This document shows positions 49,028-60,100 of a stretch of DNA of 64,000 nt, one piece after another. This DNA comes from a virus. The notes beneath the pieces are model-generated. The model did not search any database. It was given only the letters and a program-made list of their open reading frames with translations, and was not told the DNA's origin. The position numbers and the translations under genes are program-made. The first letter of the stretch is position 1. Each line of letters starts with the position of its first letter. The stretch is taken from positions 1-64,000 of IMG/VR virus record IMGVR_UViG_3300025467_000013. The stretch is one strand, 5' to 3'.

Positions 49028-49357
49028 ATGTCTACACTTTTTCAAACAAAAATTATTAATAATGTAGGAACAGCACCTACTACTGCGGTAACTGCACCGT
49101 CAAATGGTACCGTAACGGTCTTAGGATTAAGTCTTGCAAATTTAACAAACGATAACATTTATGCAAGCGTAAAAGTTGCTGATAATTTGAGTAATTCAGC
49201 ATACTACGCATATAATTTGTTAGTACCGCCAAATTCGAGTTTAAGAGTTTTAAATGGCGGCGAAAGACTTACATTAGCATCGCAGTATTCATTAACCGTG
49301 TCGGCTAGCGAAGATAACGGGTTTGATGCAGTGATAAGTTACGTAGTAATACAATAA
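49028..49357 (+). CDS. Small beta-sandwich virion protein
   Basis: 109 aa; V.GLSLAN, VPPNSSL....GERL.L; same general pattern as the 43993 ORF. Confidence 0.65.
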   Translation: MSTLFQTKIINNVGTAPTTAVTAPSNGTVTVLGLSLANLTNDNIYASVKVADNLSNSAYYAYNLLVPPNSSLRVLNGGERLTLASQYSLTVSASEDNGFDAVISYVVIQ

Positions 49358-49367
49358 GGAAACGGCC

Positions 49368-49727
49368 ATGTCATACAATTATGTTGGACAATCATACGAT
49401 AATATTGCAGGACAATATCAACCGAGGTATTTCTATGCATTAAGAAGAACCGATGCTGGTGATTTATATTTTGCAAGAGTAGATCAATTACAAAATACTG
49501 ACAGTATTACACTCAATAATCCCGGTAATACGTCTGATAATTATGATAACTTTGAACTCGGTTCGGATTTTTTTGAAGGGCGGGATGTAACTCATAACTT
49601 AGTTTATCCTAACTTAAATTATGAACAGTGGCGATGGGACGAACGGTCAGTTTACTATTATATTGATAGTAATGGTAATTTAGTTGCAAGAATTGGACAA
49701 GGATATAGTTACCCGTCAGGTTTATAA
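49368..49727 (+). CDS. Conserved hypothetical virion protein
   Basis: 119 aa; RYFYALRRT..G.LY, YEQWRWD...YYYID..G.LV.RI. Confidence 0.6.
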   Translation: MSYNYVGQSYDNIAGQYQPRYFYALRRTDAGDLYFARVDQLQNTDSITLNNPGNTSDNYDNFELGSDFFEGRDVTHNLVYPNLNYEQWRWDERSVYYYIDSNGNLVARIGQGYSYPSGL

Positions 49728-49737
49728 TAATTGGTAG

Positions 49738-49745
49738 GATAAATA
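49738..49745 (+). promoter_or_regulatory. T4-type late promoter (GATAAATA)
   Basis: 27 nt upstream of the ATG at 49773, AAGGA RBS. Confidence 0.65.
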
Positions 49746-49772
49746 ATAAAAACTTAAATTTAAGGAATTACG

Positions 49773-52700
49773 ATGGCAGAATTTAAACTAGGACGATTAA
49801 AATTTGTATGGCAAGGTGCATGGGTTACTGGTACCGCTTACGTTAAAGACGATGTTGTAAGATATGGCGGTAAAACGTATGTGTGTGTAACCGGCCATAC
49901 TGCAAATGCAAACTTCTATACCGATCTCGGAACTTCTTATTGGAGTTTAATGGGAGATGGTATTGCATGGGTAGGTACATGGACTGGATCAACATTTTAT
50001 AAAGTTGGCGACATTGTTAAGAATGGTGGACAATCATATATTTGTACCACTGGCCATACTTCGGTATCAACATTTGCTAGCGATTCATCAAACTGGACTT
50101 TAATTTCAGGCGGTTTTGCATGGAGAGGATCGTGGCAACAAAGCACATTATATAATGTTAACGATGTTGTAATGTTTGGTGCAGTTACATACATTTGTAC
50201 TACTGCAAATACCAGTTCGTCGGATTTTGCAACTGATCAAAGCAGCAAATGGCAAGTTTTTGTTCAAGGTACACAGTTTATTAATACTTGGAATAATTCC
50301 ACTGAATATTCTGCAGGTTCTATTGTAACATATGGTGGTTATTCATATGTTTCAACACAAACCAATACCGGGCAAGTTCCATCGTCTAGCCCATCTTACT
50401 GGAACGTATACACAACCGGTTATAGCAATCAAGGAACATTTAGCTACGGCACAACATATAAAGTTGGTAGTGTAGTTCAATATGGCGGTAACACATATGT
50501 TGCTATTCTTGATAATACTAACCAATATCCGTCAAACGCAACGTATTGGTCAATTGTTGCATATGGTATTAAAGTAAATGGTCCATATGTCGGTGGTACA
50601 ACTTACAATCTTAATGATGTTGTAACTTATGGCGGTTCTGCATATAGAGCATTACAAACAAACACTAGCATTGCTCCGTCGGCGCTTTCGCCTAATTGGC
50701 AAGTTTTATCTGTAGGTTTAGTAAATCAAGGCGTTTGGTCAGGTTCAACAAACTATAAATTAAATGACTTAGTACAATACGGTGCAAATATCTATATTGC
50801 AATCCAAGACAATGTAGCGCAAACTCCAAGTACTGCTGCATCTTACTGGTCGGTATTTAATTATGGTTACAATTATCAAGGTACATGGTCTAGTGCAACT
50901 AACTACACTATTGGCCAAGTTGTAACATACGGTGGATCATTATTCCAAGCAAAATCCGACAACAATAATGTAAACCCAACTACAACTGCAACATGGAATA
51001 AATTATCATACGGTGTTAAAAATCGCGGCACATGGACAACTTCGACTGCATATAATATTGACGAATTAGTAACACATGGTGCAAACACATATATTTCATT
51101 AATTCCACATACTTCGGGTACTTTCTCTTCAGATTTATCGACAGCAAAATGGCAATTAATGTCGAGCGGATTGCAATATAGAGGTGTATGGGCAGGATCT
51201 ACAAGTTATTATGTTAACGATATTGTTCAAGGCCCAACAGGATCTGTATATGTTGCATTACTAGATCATACATCGGGTGGTGATTTTCCAACTGATTTAG
51301 CAGCAAGCAAATGGACATTATTCATTGCATATAGCTCTACAACACTTCCTTCATTACCAAGTCCGGCTGTAGGCAAGTCTTTAACTGTTTCAAGTAACGG
51401 TTCTACACTTTCTTGGTTAAACACTACAGGATCTGCTAACGTTCTTTATGTTGGACCAGGCGGCTCCGACGCATCAAATCAAGGAACAAGTTTAGCAACA
51501 CCGTTTGCTACAATTAAGTACGCATGTTCGGTAGCAACATCGGGTAATGTAATTTATGTTAAAAGTGGTACATACTCAGAACAGCTTCCGATCACAGTTC
51601 CTGCAGGGGTGTCGATTGTAGGCGATAGTTATAGAACAGTTACAGTTCAACCAACAAGTGGACTTAGTGATGATGCTGTGACTCCGAACAACCAAGCAAC
51701 TATGTGGAAATTAAGCGATGGTACTAATCTTTCAGAAATGACCTTTGCAAATATGACCGGTTGGGTTCCAGGAAGTACTACTTCGGATATTTCAACATCT
51801 ACACCAAAAGGCGTGTATGTTGCATTTAATTCGGCATCAGTTATTACTAGACCTCCGAGTGTTTCAAACTGCACTACGAGTTCATCATCTGGTGCAATTG
51901 GTGCATACTTAGACGGCTCGTTACATGGGTCGGGGCAAAAAACAATGGCATTCCGCTATTACAATATTACTTCAGATACTGGTGTAGGGTTCTGGGCTAC
52001 GAATAATGCAAAATTAGATCTTACAACTTGTACATCTTCATATTGCTATTTTGGGTTTGCAACATCAGCAGGTGGAACTATTCGATCTGATAACGGTACT
52101 GCAAAATGGGGTACTTATGGCGGAACTTCGGTTGGTTATTCATCATTAGAAACTGCTGCAACTGGAAATATTGTCGGTCAACAGTTAAACTTTTCTTATA
52201 ATACCGGTACAATTGCAGTAGGTGATACTGTAACTTCGATCACTAGCGGCGGTACTGCTACTGTTATTGGGGTCCAAACTGCATATAACAAAGTATTTGT
52301 GTCAAGTGTTACTGGATCGTTCTTAACAGGTGATGCGTTATCATTTACTAGTGGTGGATCTGGTATAGTAACTACAGGTGTTACTAATCAAACAGGTGCA
52401 GTATTAGCATTAAACACACTAGCAGCATTACCAACAGCAGGCGGTGTTGTTACTATCGGAAGTGATAGTTATATTATTCAATCTGTAAGTGGTGCGTATG
52501 TTAACTCAGCTAGTGTTATTACTGTATTTTTAACAAGTGCAGCAACTAACTTATACGCAAATGCAGCAGCAGTAACTATTCGTTATCAAACATCACAGAC
52601 TCGTTTATCAGGTCATGATTTCTATAATGTTGGCACCGGCGGTGTAACTAATACAAATTATCCAGGTACGCCATTATCTGGACCGTTCTCTGCACAAGAA

Positions 52701-54164
52701 ATACAACAAATTCTACCCGGTAGAGTATATTATAGTGCATCTAGCCAAGACGGTCGTTTTGCAGTTGGTAATTACTTAACAATCAACCAATCAACTGGTA
52801 CTGCTACACTTAATCCAGCTGCATTTACTGTAACTGGTAATTCAGCATTAACACTTGGTGCAATTGGTACGTTGACCGGTGCTACAATTAATAAGTTCTC
52901 AACAGACGGAACATTAATTAATAACAGTAATACTAGTGTACCGACAGAAAATGCCGTTAAGACTTATGTTGATAATGCACGTACACAAGCATTAGAACCA
53001 ACCGGCTTTAATCTTAACAACCTTAACAGCATCGGTATTATTGAAATTTCTAACGACGGTGTTAACATTGTTAAAATCGATCAAAATGGCGCAGTAACTA
53101 CTAGAGCTGATAGTACATTTGGTACAGGAACTGTTTATTCGAGAGCAGCAAGTGCTAGAACTATTGCAATATATCCAGTAAGCGGACAAACATCAGTTAG
53201 TGTATGGATAAGTGGAATTCAATACACCTACACAAAGATGCAAACTACAACATATTCAAGTTTAAGCAATCTTAACTATGCATTCTTCAACGCTAGCGGT
53301 ATTGTTGTGTATACATCGGGAACAGTAACTGATACTATTTTCCAAACATTTGCACAATTATTAACATTTACAGGTACTGATAGTACTAATACATTTGCTA
53401 TAACTTCTGCTAAGAGATGTGGTATTAACATGCCGGGACAAGTACAAAATTACTTGTCAAATAGTGTTGGCGCCGCGTATAAAACAGGATTAGGTGTTAC
53501 TGGTGTTGTTGCAAGTGCTACAGCATATACTAATACTGTGGCAGGTACTACACAAGTTCAAGATTTAACACACACATTTGCATCATTATCGACAAACTAT
53601 TGGTTATATAACGTCGGCGGTGTGTGGACAGTATCAGGAAGTGCAGATAATAATTTCAGTTATTTGTCTACCGGTACTGCACAATATAACGGTTCTGGTG
53701 CATTAACTACACTTTCATCAGGACAATATACAGTTACATACTTCATTGCTACTAGTGATAAGGTACGCGGTGGTGTTATGAAACTTGTAGGACAAAGAGT
53801 GTTCACAACATTAGCGGCTGCAAGACAGTCTGCACAATCTGAACCGAGAGATACAAGTCTTGTTGGTCTACCATTCCAAGATTTTGTATGGATCGGTGCA
53901 GTAGTTGTTAACTCAACAGGCGCTGTACAAACATTAGATAACGGATTAACTTATATTGATTTACGTTACCAAATTATTAGTGCAGGAACTAACGCATTAG
54001 GTAACTATCTAGTTAATGCATCGGCAGCAGATTTATATTATAACAACTCAGCATTTCCAAGTGCAGGCACAAATGTACAGTCTGCAATTGATACTGCCGC
54101 AGCAAGTTTATCAAGAGCTAGAACAATTTTATCACTAAATACATTATGGACAAATGCCTGGTAA
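49773..54164 (+). CDS. Large fibre/spike protein: 10 CBM5/12-like repeats plus pectin-lyase-like beta-helix
   Basis: Ten W/F/Y....Y....V..G..Y repeats, then LYV...GSD...G.....PFATI..A...I.VK.GTY.E (beta-helix cap motif). Confidence 0.7.
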   Translation: MAEFKLGRLKFVWQGAWVTGTAYVKDDVVRYGGKTYVCVTGHTANANFYTDLGTSYWSLMGDGIAWVGTWTGSTFYKVGDIVKNGGQSYICTTGHTSVSTFASDSSNWTLISGGFAWRGSWQQSTLYNVNDVVMFGAVTYICTTANTSSSDFATDQSSKWQVFVQGTQFINTWNNSTEYSAGSIVTYGGYSYVSTQTNTGQVPSSSPSYWNVYTTGYSNQGTFSYGTTYKVGSVVQYGGNTYVAILDNTNQYPSNATYWSIVAYGIKVNGPYVGGTTYNLNDVVTYGGSAYRALQTNTSIAPSALSPNWQVLSVGLVNQGVWSGSTNYKLNDLVQYGANIYIAIQDNVAQTPSTAASYWSVFNYGYNYQGTWSSATNYTIGQVVTYGGSLFQAKSDNNNVNPTTTATWNKLSYGVKNRGTWTTSTAYNIDELVTHGANTYISLIPHTSGTFSSDLSTAKWQLMSSGLQYRGVWAGSTSYYVNDIVQGPTGSVYVALLDHTSGGDFPTDLAASKWTLFIAYSSTTLPSLPSPAVGKSLTVSSNGSTLSWLNTTGSANVLYVGPGGSDASNQGTSLATPFATIKYACSVATSGNVIYVKSGTYSEQLPITVPAGVSIVGDSYRTVTVQPTSGLSDDAVTPNNQATMWKLSDGTNLSEMTFANMTGWVPGSTTSDISTSTPKGVYVAFNSASVITRPPSVSNCTTSSSSGAIGAYLDGSLHGSGQKTMAFRYYNITSDTGVGFWATNNAKLDLTTCTSSYCYFGFATSAGGTIRSDNGTAKWGTYGGTSVGYSSLETAATGNIVGQQLNFSYNTGTIAVGDTVTSITSGGTATVIGVQTAYNKVFVSSVTGSFLTGDALSFTSGGSGIVTTGVTNQTGAVLALNTLAALPTAGGVVTIGSDSYIIQSVSGAYVNSASVITVFLTSAATNLYANAAAVTIRYQTSQTRLSGHDFYNVGTGGVTNTNYPGTPLSGPFSAQEIQQILPGRVYYSASSQDGRFAVGNYLTINQSTGTATLNPAAFTVTGNSALTLGAIGTLTGATINKFSTDGTLINNSNTSVPTENAVKTYVDNARTQALEPTGFNLNNLNSIGIIEISNDGVNIVKIDQNGAVTTRADSTFGTGTVYSRAASARTIAIYPVSGQTSVSVWISGIQYTYTKMQTTTYSSLSNLNYAFFNASGIVVYTSGTVTDTIFQTFAQLLTFTGTDSTNTFAITSAKRCGINMPGQVQNYLSNSVGAAYKTGLGVTGVVASATAYTNTVAGTTQVQDLTHTFASLSTNYWLYNVGGVWTVSGSADNNFSYLSTGTAQYNGSGALTTLSSGQYTVTYFIATSDKVRGGVMKLVGQRVFTTLAAARQSAQSEPRDTSLVGLPFQDFVWIGAVVVNSTGAVQTLDNGLTYIDLRYQIISAGTNALGNYLVNASAADLYYNNSAFPSAGTNVQSAIDTAAASLSRARTILSLNTLWTNAW

Positions 54165-54195
54165 TAAGGCGAAAAGGATATTAGGAGTACAATAA

Positions 54196-57100
54196 ATGAC
54201 AACCGCAGCAAAATACGGCGCACAAGACTTAAATGGTAATCCGTTCAATTACCAACAGTTAGTTCCGCTACCAAGTACTAATCCAGGTACTACAAACACC
54301 GTAGTTAATACTACTTTTACTAACAGAGCAGCATATGACGCAAGGGTAAGAATGGCATTGACCAACACCCCAATCGGCTCACAAGTAGTTTCAAACGTTC
54401 ACGGGACACAGTCGTTTACAGCACAACAAAGTGCAGCATCGACATTAGTTGAAACACAGCAGGTATTAACAATTGATACTGCATCAGCAACAACAAATGC
54501 GTTTACAACCGCATCATATATTGTTACTGCAACCACTGAAAACACAAACCTTATTACTGTTTCAAGCACAACTACTTTTGCAGTCGGACAGCCGGTTGTA
54601 TTCAGTGCATCAGCAGGTAACTTAACAGCTGGTACAGTTTATTATATCCTAACTATTAACAGTTCAACAACATTTACAGTTTCACCAATCTGGAACGGAC
54701 CTGTACAATTGTTAACAACTAGTGCATTCCCAATGATTGTACAACAAACTGTTAGTAACCTTTCAGTCGGTATACCAATTAACTTCCACGGTGCAACATT
54801 TGGTTATGCATTCTACAACATGAACTTTTATGTTGCAAGTTTACCGGGCGGTGCAAGCGGTACTACATTTACTATTAGTGCATATCCAGGCGGTCCAACT
54901 ATTCCGCTAGCTTCTGCAATTGGTACAATGTCAGCTGTTCCTGTAGTTACTCCTGTTGCTAATCCTGCTACTGCACAGTATCCAACAGCAATGGCATCGG
55001 CACTTGCACTTGGTACAACAGCACAAGCAGGGTACTACAACACATTACAAGGTGTTACTGTTACTGCATCAACTGCAACTACTAATATCTTAACTACTGC
55101 ATCATTTGCAATTACTGCAACTACTGCAACCACTGGATTATCAGGTTTTGCATATGTTACTACTTCAGGTTCTACTAACTTATTAACCGTTGGTCAGCCA
55201 GTTGTATTCAACGCAGCAATTTCAGGTTCTGCGGTTTATGCTGGTATTACATACTATATTCATTCGATTATTTCGTCTACAACATTTAGTATTTCAACCT
55301 CATTTAATGGTACACCAATTTCATTAGGTACAAACGGTTCTGTATCTGGCGTTACTATGTACCTAGCAACAACTTACTTGCAAACAAACCAACAGGTAAT
55401 TTTCACCGGTACAACTTTCGGTAATATCATTCCTAATATTCCGTATTACATCGCAACTGTACCGTCAACAAATACATTTACTGTTTCAACAGCACCAAGT
55501 GGCCCGATTGCAACATTAGCTACTACTACAGGTACTATGGTTGTATCGGCATTTGTACCTCCAACTGTTCCACAATTAGTTGTAGGTAGTTCACAAGCAG
55601 GTGTAACAATCAGTGTAACTGGATCAACAACCAGCGTAATCAACTGCGTAAGCACAACTGGATTGGCTGCTAACCAACCGATTGTATTCAGTGCTAGCTT
55701 CGGTGGACTTACTTTAGGTACAACTTATTATGTTGTTTCGGGGTTTACTTCGAATACATTCCAAGTAAGTTCAACGGTAGGCGGTTCTGCGATCACGTTA
55801 ATTGCAAGCACAGGTACATTAAATGCTCAAGCATTACCGTACTTTAATACATATGCGACTACTGTAACTGCAACAACAGTAAGCACTAACTTAATTACTG
55901 TTACAAATACTTCGAACTTTGTTCCAGGACAACCAGTTGTATTCAGTGGTGCAATTGGCGGACTTTCTGCTAACACCGTTTACTATGTTTTAAACGTTTA
56001 TAGCACTACCCAGATAGTTGTTTCTGCAACACAAGGTGGCGTTGCGTTCCCATTAATTACTGCAACTGGTTCTGTAACTATGTCGCAAGCAACTACAGGA
56101 TTAGCAGTTAACCAACCATTCCAGATCAGCAGCGTAATTATTCAGGTAACTGCAACATCAACATCAGGAAACCTTGTAACTTGTAATAATACAGTTAACC
56201 TTGTTGCTAACCAACCGATTATATTCAGCGGTGCAATGGGTAACATTGTTGCAAATACTGTTTATTATGTTTCAACAATTGCAAGTAACACAACATTTAC
56301 AATCAGCCAAACACAAGGCGGCGGTGTATTTGGACAAGCAAATGGTTCGGGTTCAATCGTTGGACAGCAAGCACCATTTGGCGGTGTTGTTCCTGGACAG
56401 GTTTACTACGTTTACAATGTAACATCACTTACATCGTTTGCAATTTCAAGCATTCATGGTGCACCAAGTGCATTAGCACTAACAACTGTTGCAGCAGGTG
56501 CACAACTTGCAGGATTCCAGTCAATTGTTCCTACAGTTTCATTAGGTACTTCAACAGCAACTGGTTCAATTTATGCTCTAAACAATACGTATACTACATC
56601 GACTGTTACTGCATCAAGCAACACAACTACAGATATTACACTTAGCTCTGTTGCAACTTTTGCAGTCGGACAACCGATTACATTCTTGTTTAACAGCGGT
56701 GCAAATGCAACTACAAACAACATTTTCAGTTTTGTTAGCGTAACTGGTACTACAACTGGTACTAATACTATTAGTATTTCAGGTAACACAACCGGACTTG
56801 CTATTGGACAAGCGATTGTTTTTAACGGCACATTAGGTGGACTTACATACGGTACTGTTTATTATATTGCAAGTATTCCAAGTACTTCAACATTTACAGT
56901 TTCATTAGTTCCATACGGTACAGCAGTTTCTTTAAATACTGCAAGCGGTACTATTACTGGTTACTTAACATATTATATCACTTATGTTAATGTCGGTGCA
57001 ACAACAATCCAGATTTCACCAACATTTAACGGTCCAACTTATGCATTATCAGCAGGTTCGATTGTTTCAAATAGCACAGTACAACATGCAACCACTAACT

Positions 57101-60100
57101 TAAATCCAGGACAACCGATTCTCGTAACTGGTACAGCGTTCGGTGGTACTACAACTAACACAACTTACTATGTAAGAACTGTTCCAACTCAATCGCAGTT
57201 TACTATTTCAACTTCGCCGTTTGGACAGATCTTTACTTTAAGTAGCACATCCGGTGCAATGCCAACCTTAATTGGCCCAAGACCAGTGTTAACAATCTTG
57301 CAGTCTACTAGTTCAAACCAAATGCAGACACAGACTTATGCGGTTACAGCAACTACTGCTACAACCAACTTAATTACTGTTAATAATACATTTGGATTCA
57401 CAGTTGGTATGCCGGTTGTATTCAGTGGTGCATTAGGTAACTTAGTTTCAGGTATGATTTACTATGTTTCATCTATTCCGACTGCAACAGTATTCGCAGT
57501 TTCTCCAACATTAGGCGGACAGAACTATGCACTTGCTACAGCAACTGGATCAGTGAACGCACAGCAAGCAACTGCAAACTTGTATCTAAACCAACCGATC
57601 CAGTTCCAAGGTTCAACAAGCATTGGTTCACCTTATACCGGTGTTACTTCTGGTACAACATACTACATTAGAAGTATTGATTCGGCTGTATTGTTTACTA
57701 TTTCGTCAGCATTAAGCGTTCCGGGTACTACATCAACCGCTGCTACATTAACTGGTGGTGGTCAGATTATTGCTAACCCGATCGTTAATAACATTGTTGA
57801 CGCATTTGCTTATTACACACCGTTGATTACTGTAAGTGCTACATCTGCAACTAGCCCAACATACTATTTGACTGTATCTAGCACAGCAAACTTAGCAGTA
57901 GGACAACCGATTGTATTCACTGGTATTTCATTACTTGGTGGCGTTAGTGCAAATACTGTTTACTATGTTAATGCAATTGCAAGTACCACACAGTTTAATA
58001 TTTCAACAACATATGGCGGACCGATTGTTGCATTAACTTCTGGTTCAGGTACAATGTATGTTCAACAATCAACATCAGCATACTCGCTCAACCAAACAGT
58101 TATTTTAAACTCGCCAACTGTTATCGTAACTAGCACAGCAGCTACTTCTAACATTATTACTTGCAACAGCACAACAAACTTAATTGCTGGACAGCCGATT
58201 GTATTTGGTAACATGACTTATCCGACAAGTAACATTGGTAACATTGTTGCTGGTACAGTTTACTATGTACTAACCGTGTTAAGTACGACTACATTTACAA
58301 TTTCTGCAACACCAGGCGGTAGCCAGTTTGCATTAACTAGCACAACTACACAGTTTGCAGCACAGCAAGGTATCTTTGGACAGCAATACGGTGTTAACGG
58401 ACAGAACTATGTTGTTCAAAACACACCAAATGCTACTTCATTAGTTCTTGCAAGAGCAGGTGCAAGCATTAGTCCAGCTGGTTTAGGATTGTTCCCAATG
58501 CCAACAGTTGCACCGATTCAGGTAACTGCTACAGCAGGTTCTGGTTCTTATGCAATTACTGTTCCAAGTACTGCACAATTAACTGTTAACCAACCAGTTA
58601 TCTTTATTGGTACAGCAATTGGTGGTCTTACTGCTACTGTTAACCAACTTATTAACCCGACTGTTTACTATGTAAGTTCGATCTTAACTAGTACAACATT
58701 TAACGTTTCTAGTTCATTAGGCGGCGGTGTTCAGGTCTTATCAGGCGCAACAGCAAACACAATGGCTGTACTTCCATTAAGTGCAACAGGTATTGCAACT
58801 GCATATTCGTTCAACTCAACACCGGCACTTACAATCGGTGCAACTACTACAAGTACTAACGTAATAACTACACTTGGTTACAGCGTAAGTGGTAATAGTG
58901 CAACTACTGCTAACTTGTTAACTGCAAGCTCAACTGTAATATTTGTAGTTGGTCAAGCAGTAACATTTAGTGCTGCGTTCTGCGGACTTAACACAGGTGT
59001 TACTTACTACGTTGCATCAGTACAGTCAAGTACAACATTTACAGTATCAGCATTTTGGGGCGGTCCAGACGTTATCTTAAGTGGTAGCGGTAGTGCAACA
59101 ATGAGTGAAACAACAACATTCTTACAGCTCAATCAACCTGTAACATTTGTTGCTGCATCATATATTGGTGGGTTAACTGCTGGTTCAAACTACGGTGTAA
59201 CTTATTATGTTACTAATATTGGTAGTTCGACTACATTTATTGTTAGTACAGTACCGGGTGCATCAGGTAACCAATTAGCATTAACAACTACATCGGGCCA
59301 GATGACTGCACAGGTTGGTTGCTACAGAGCATTAAGTTTCAACTCAACAAATAACGGTACCTCGGTTCTTCAAACACAAACATTTGCTGTATCTGCTACT
59401 GCTGCGGTTAACGGTACTATGTTAGTTACTGCAACTAATACGTTCGCTATGTATCCAGGTATGGCAATAGCATTTAGTGGTTCACTAGGCTTCTTAGCTG
59501 CGAACACTATCTACTATGTGTTATTTGTTTACGATGAAAAGAGATTTGCAGTTACTACAGCACCGGTTAACTCATTAGGTATTGCAACTAACGGCACAAC
59601 TGTTCTACAGACTCTTAATGGTGCATTGTTAACACATCAAACAACTACTGGTTCGATTACAGTTACACAAAGTCCGGCAAGATTACAGCAGAACCAAGCA
59701 GTTGTGTTCTATAGCACAATCGGTGGTGCTGTACTCGGTGGTGTTACACAAGGTACAATTTACTATGTACAGGCTGTTAACCCAGTATCTGGTACAATTG
59801 CTATTTCAACTACACCAGGTGGTTCGGCATTTACATTATCGGCAGTTAACAATACTGGTACAACACAGTCGATGATGATGGTTCCGTTAACAACATGGGC
59901 TCCTGTAACTAACGTATTGATTACACAACCAATGCCAATTTACAGCGGTACTAACTCATCGAATGTATTAACTACTGGAAATATTGCACTTGTAACTAAC
60001 ACATCATATGGTACTAACTATATTACATGTCTTACTACATCAGCATTAGCAGTAGGTATGCCGATTGTATTCGGTAGTGCAATTGGTTCGTTAGCATCGG

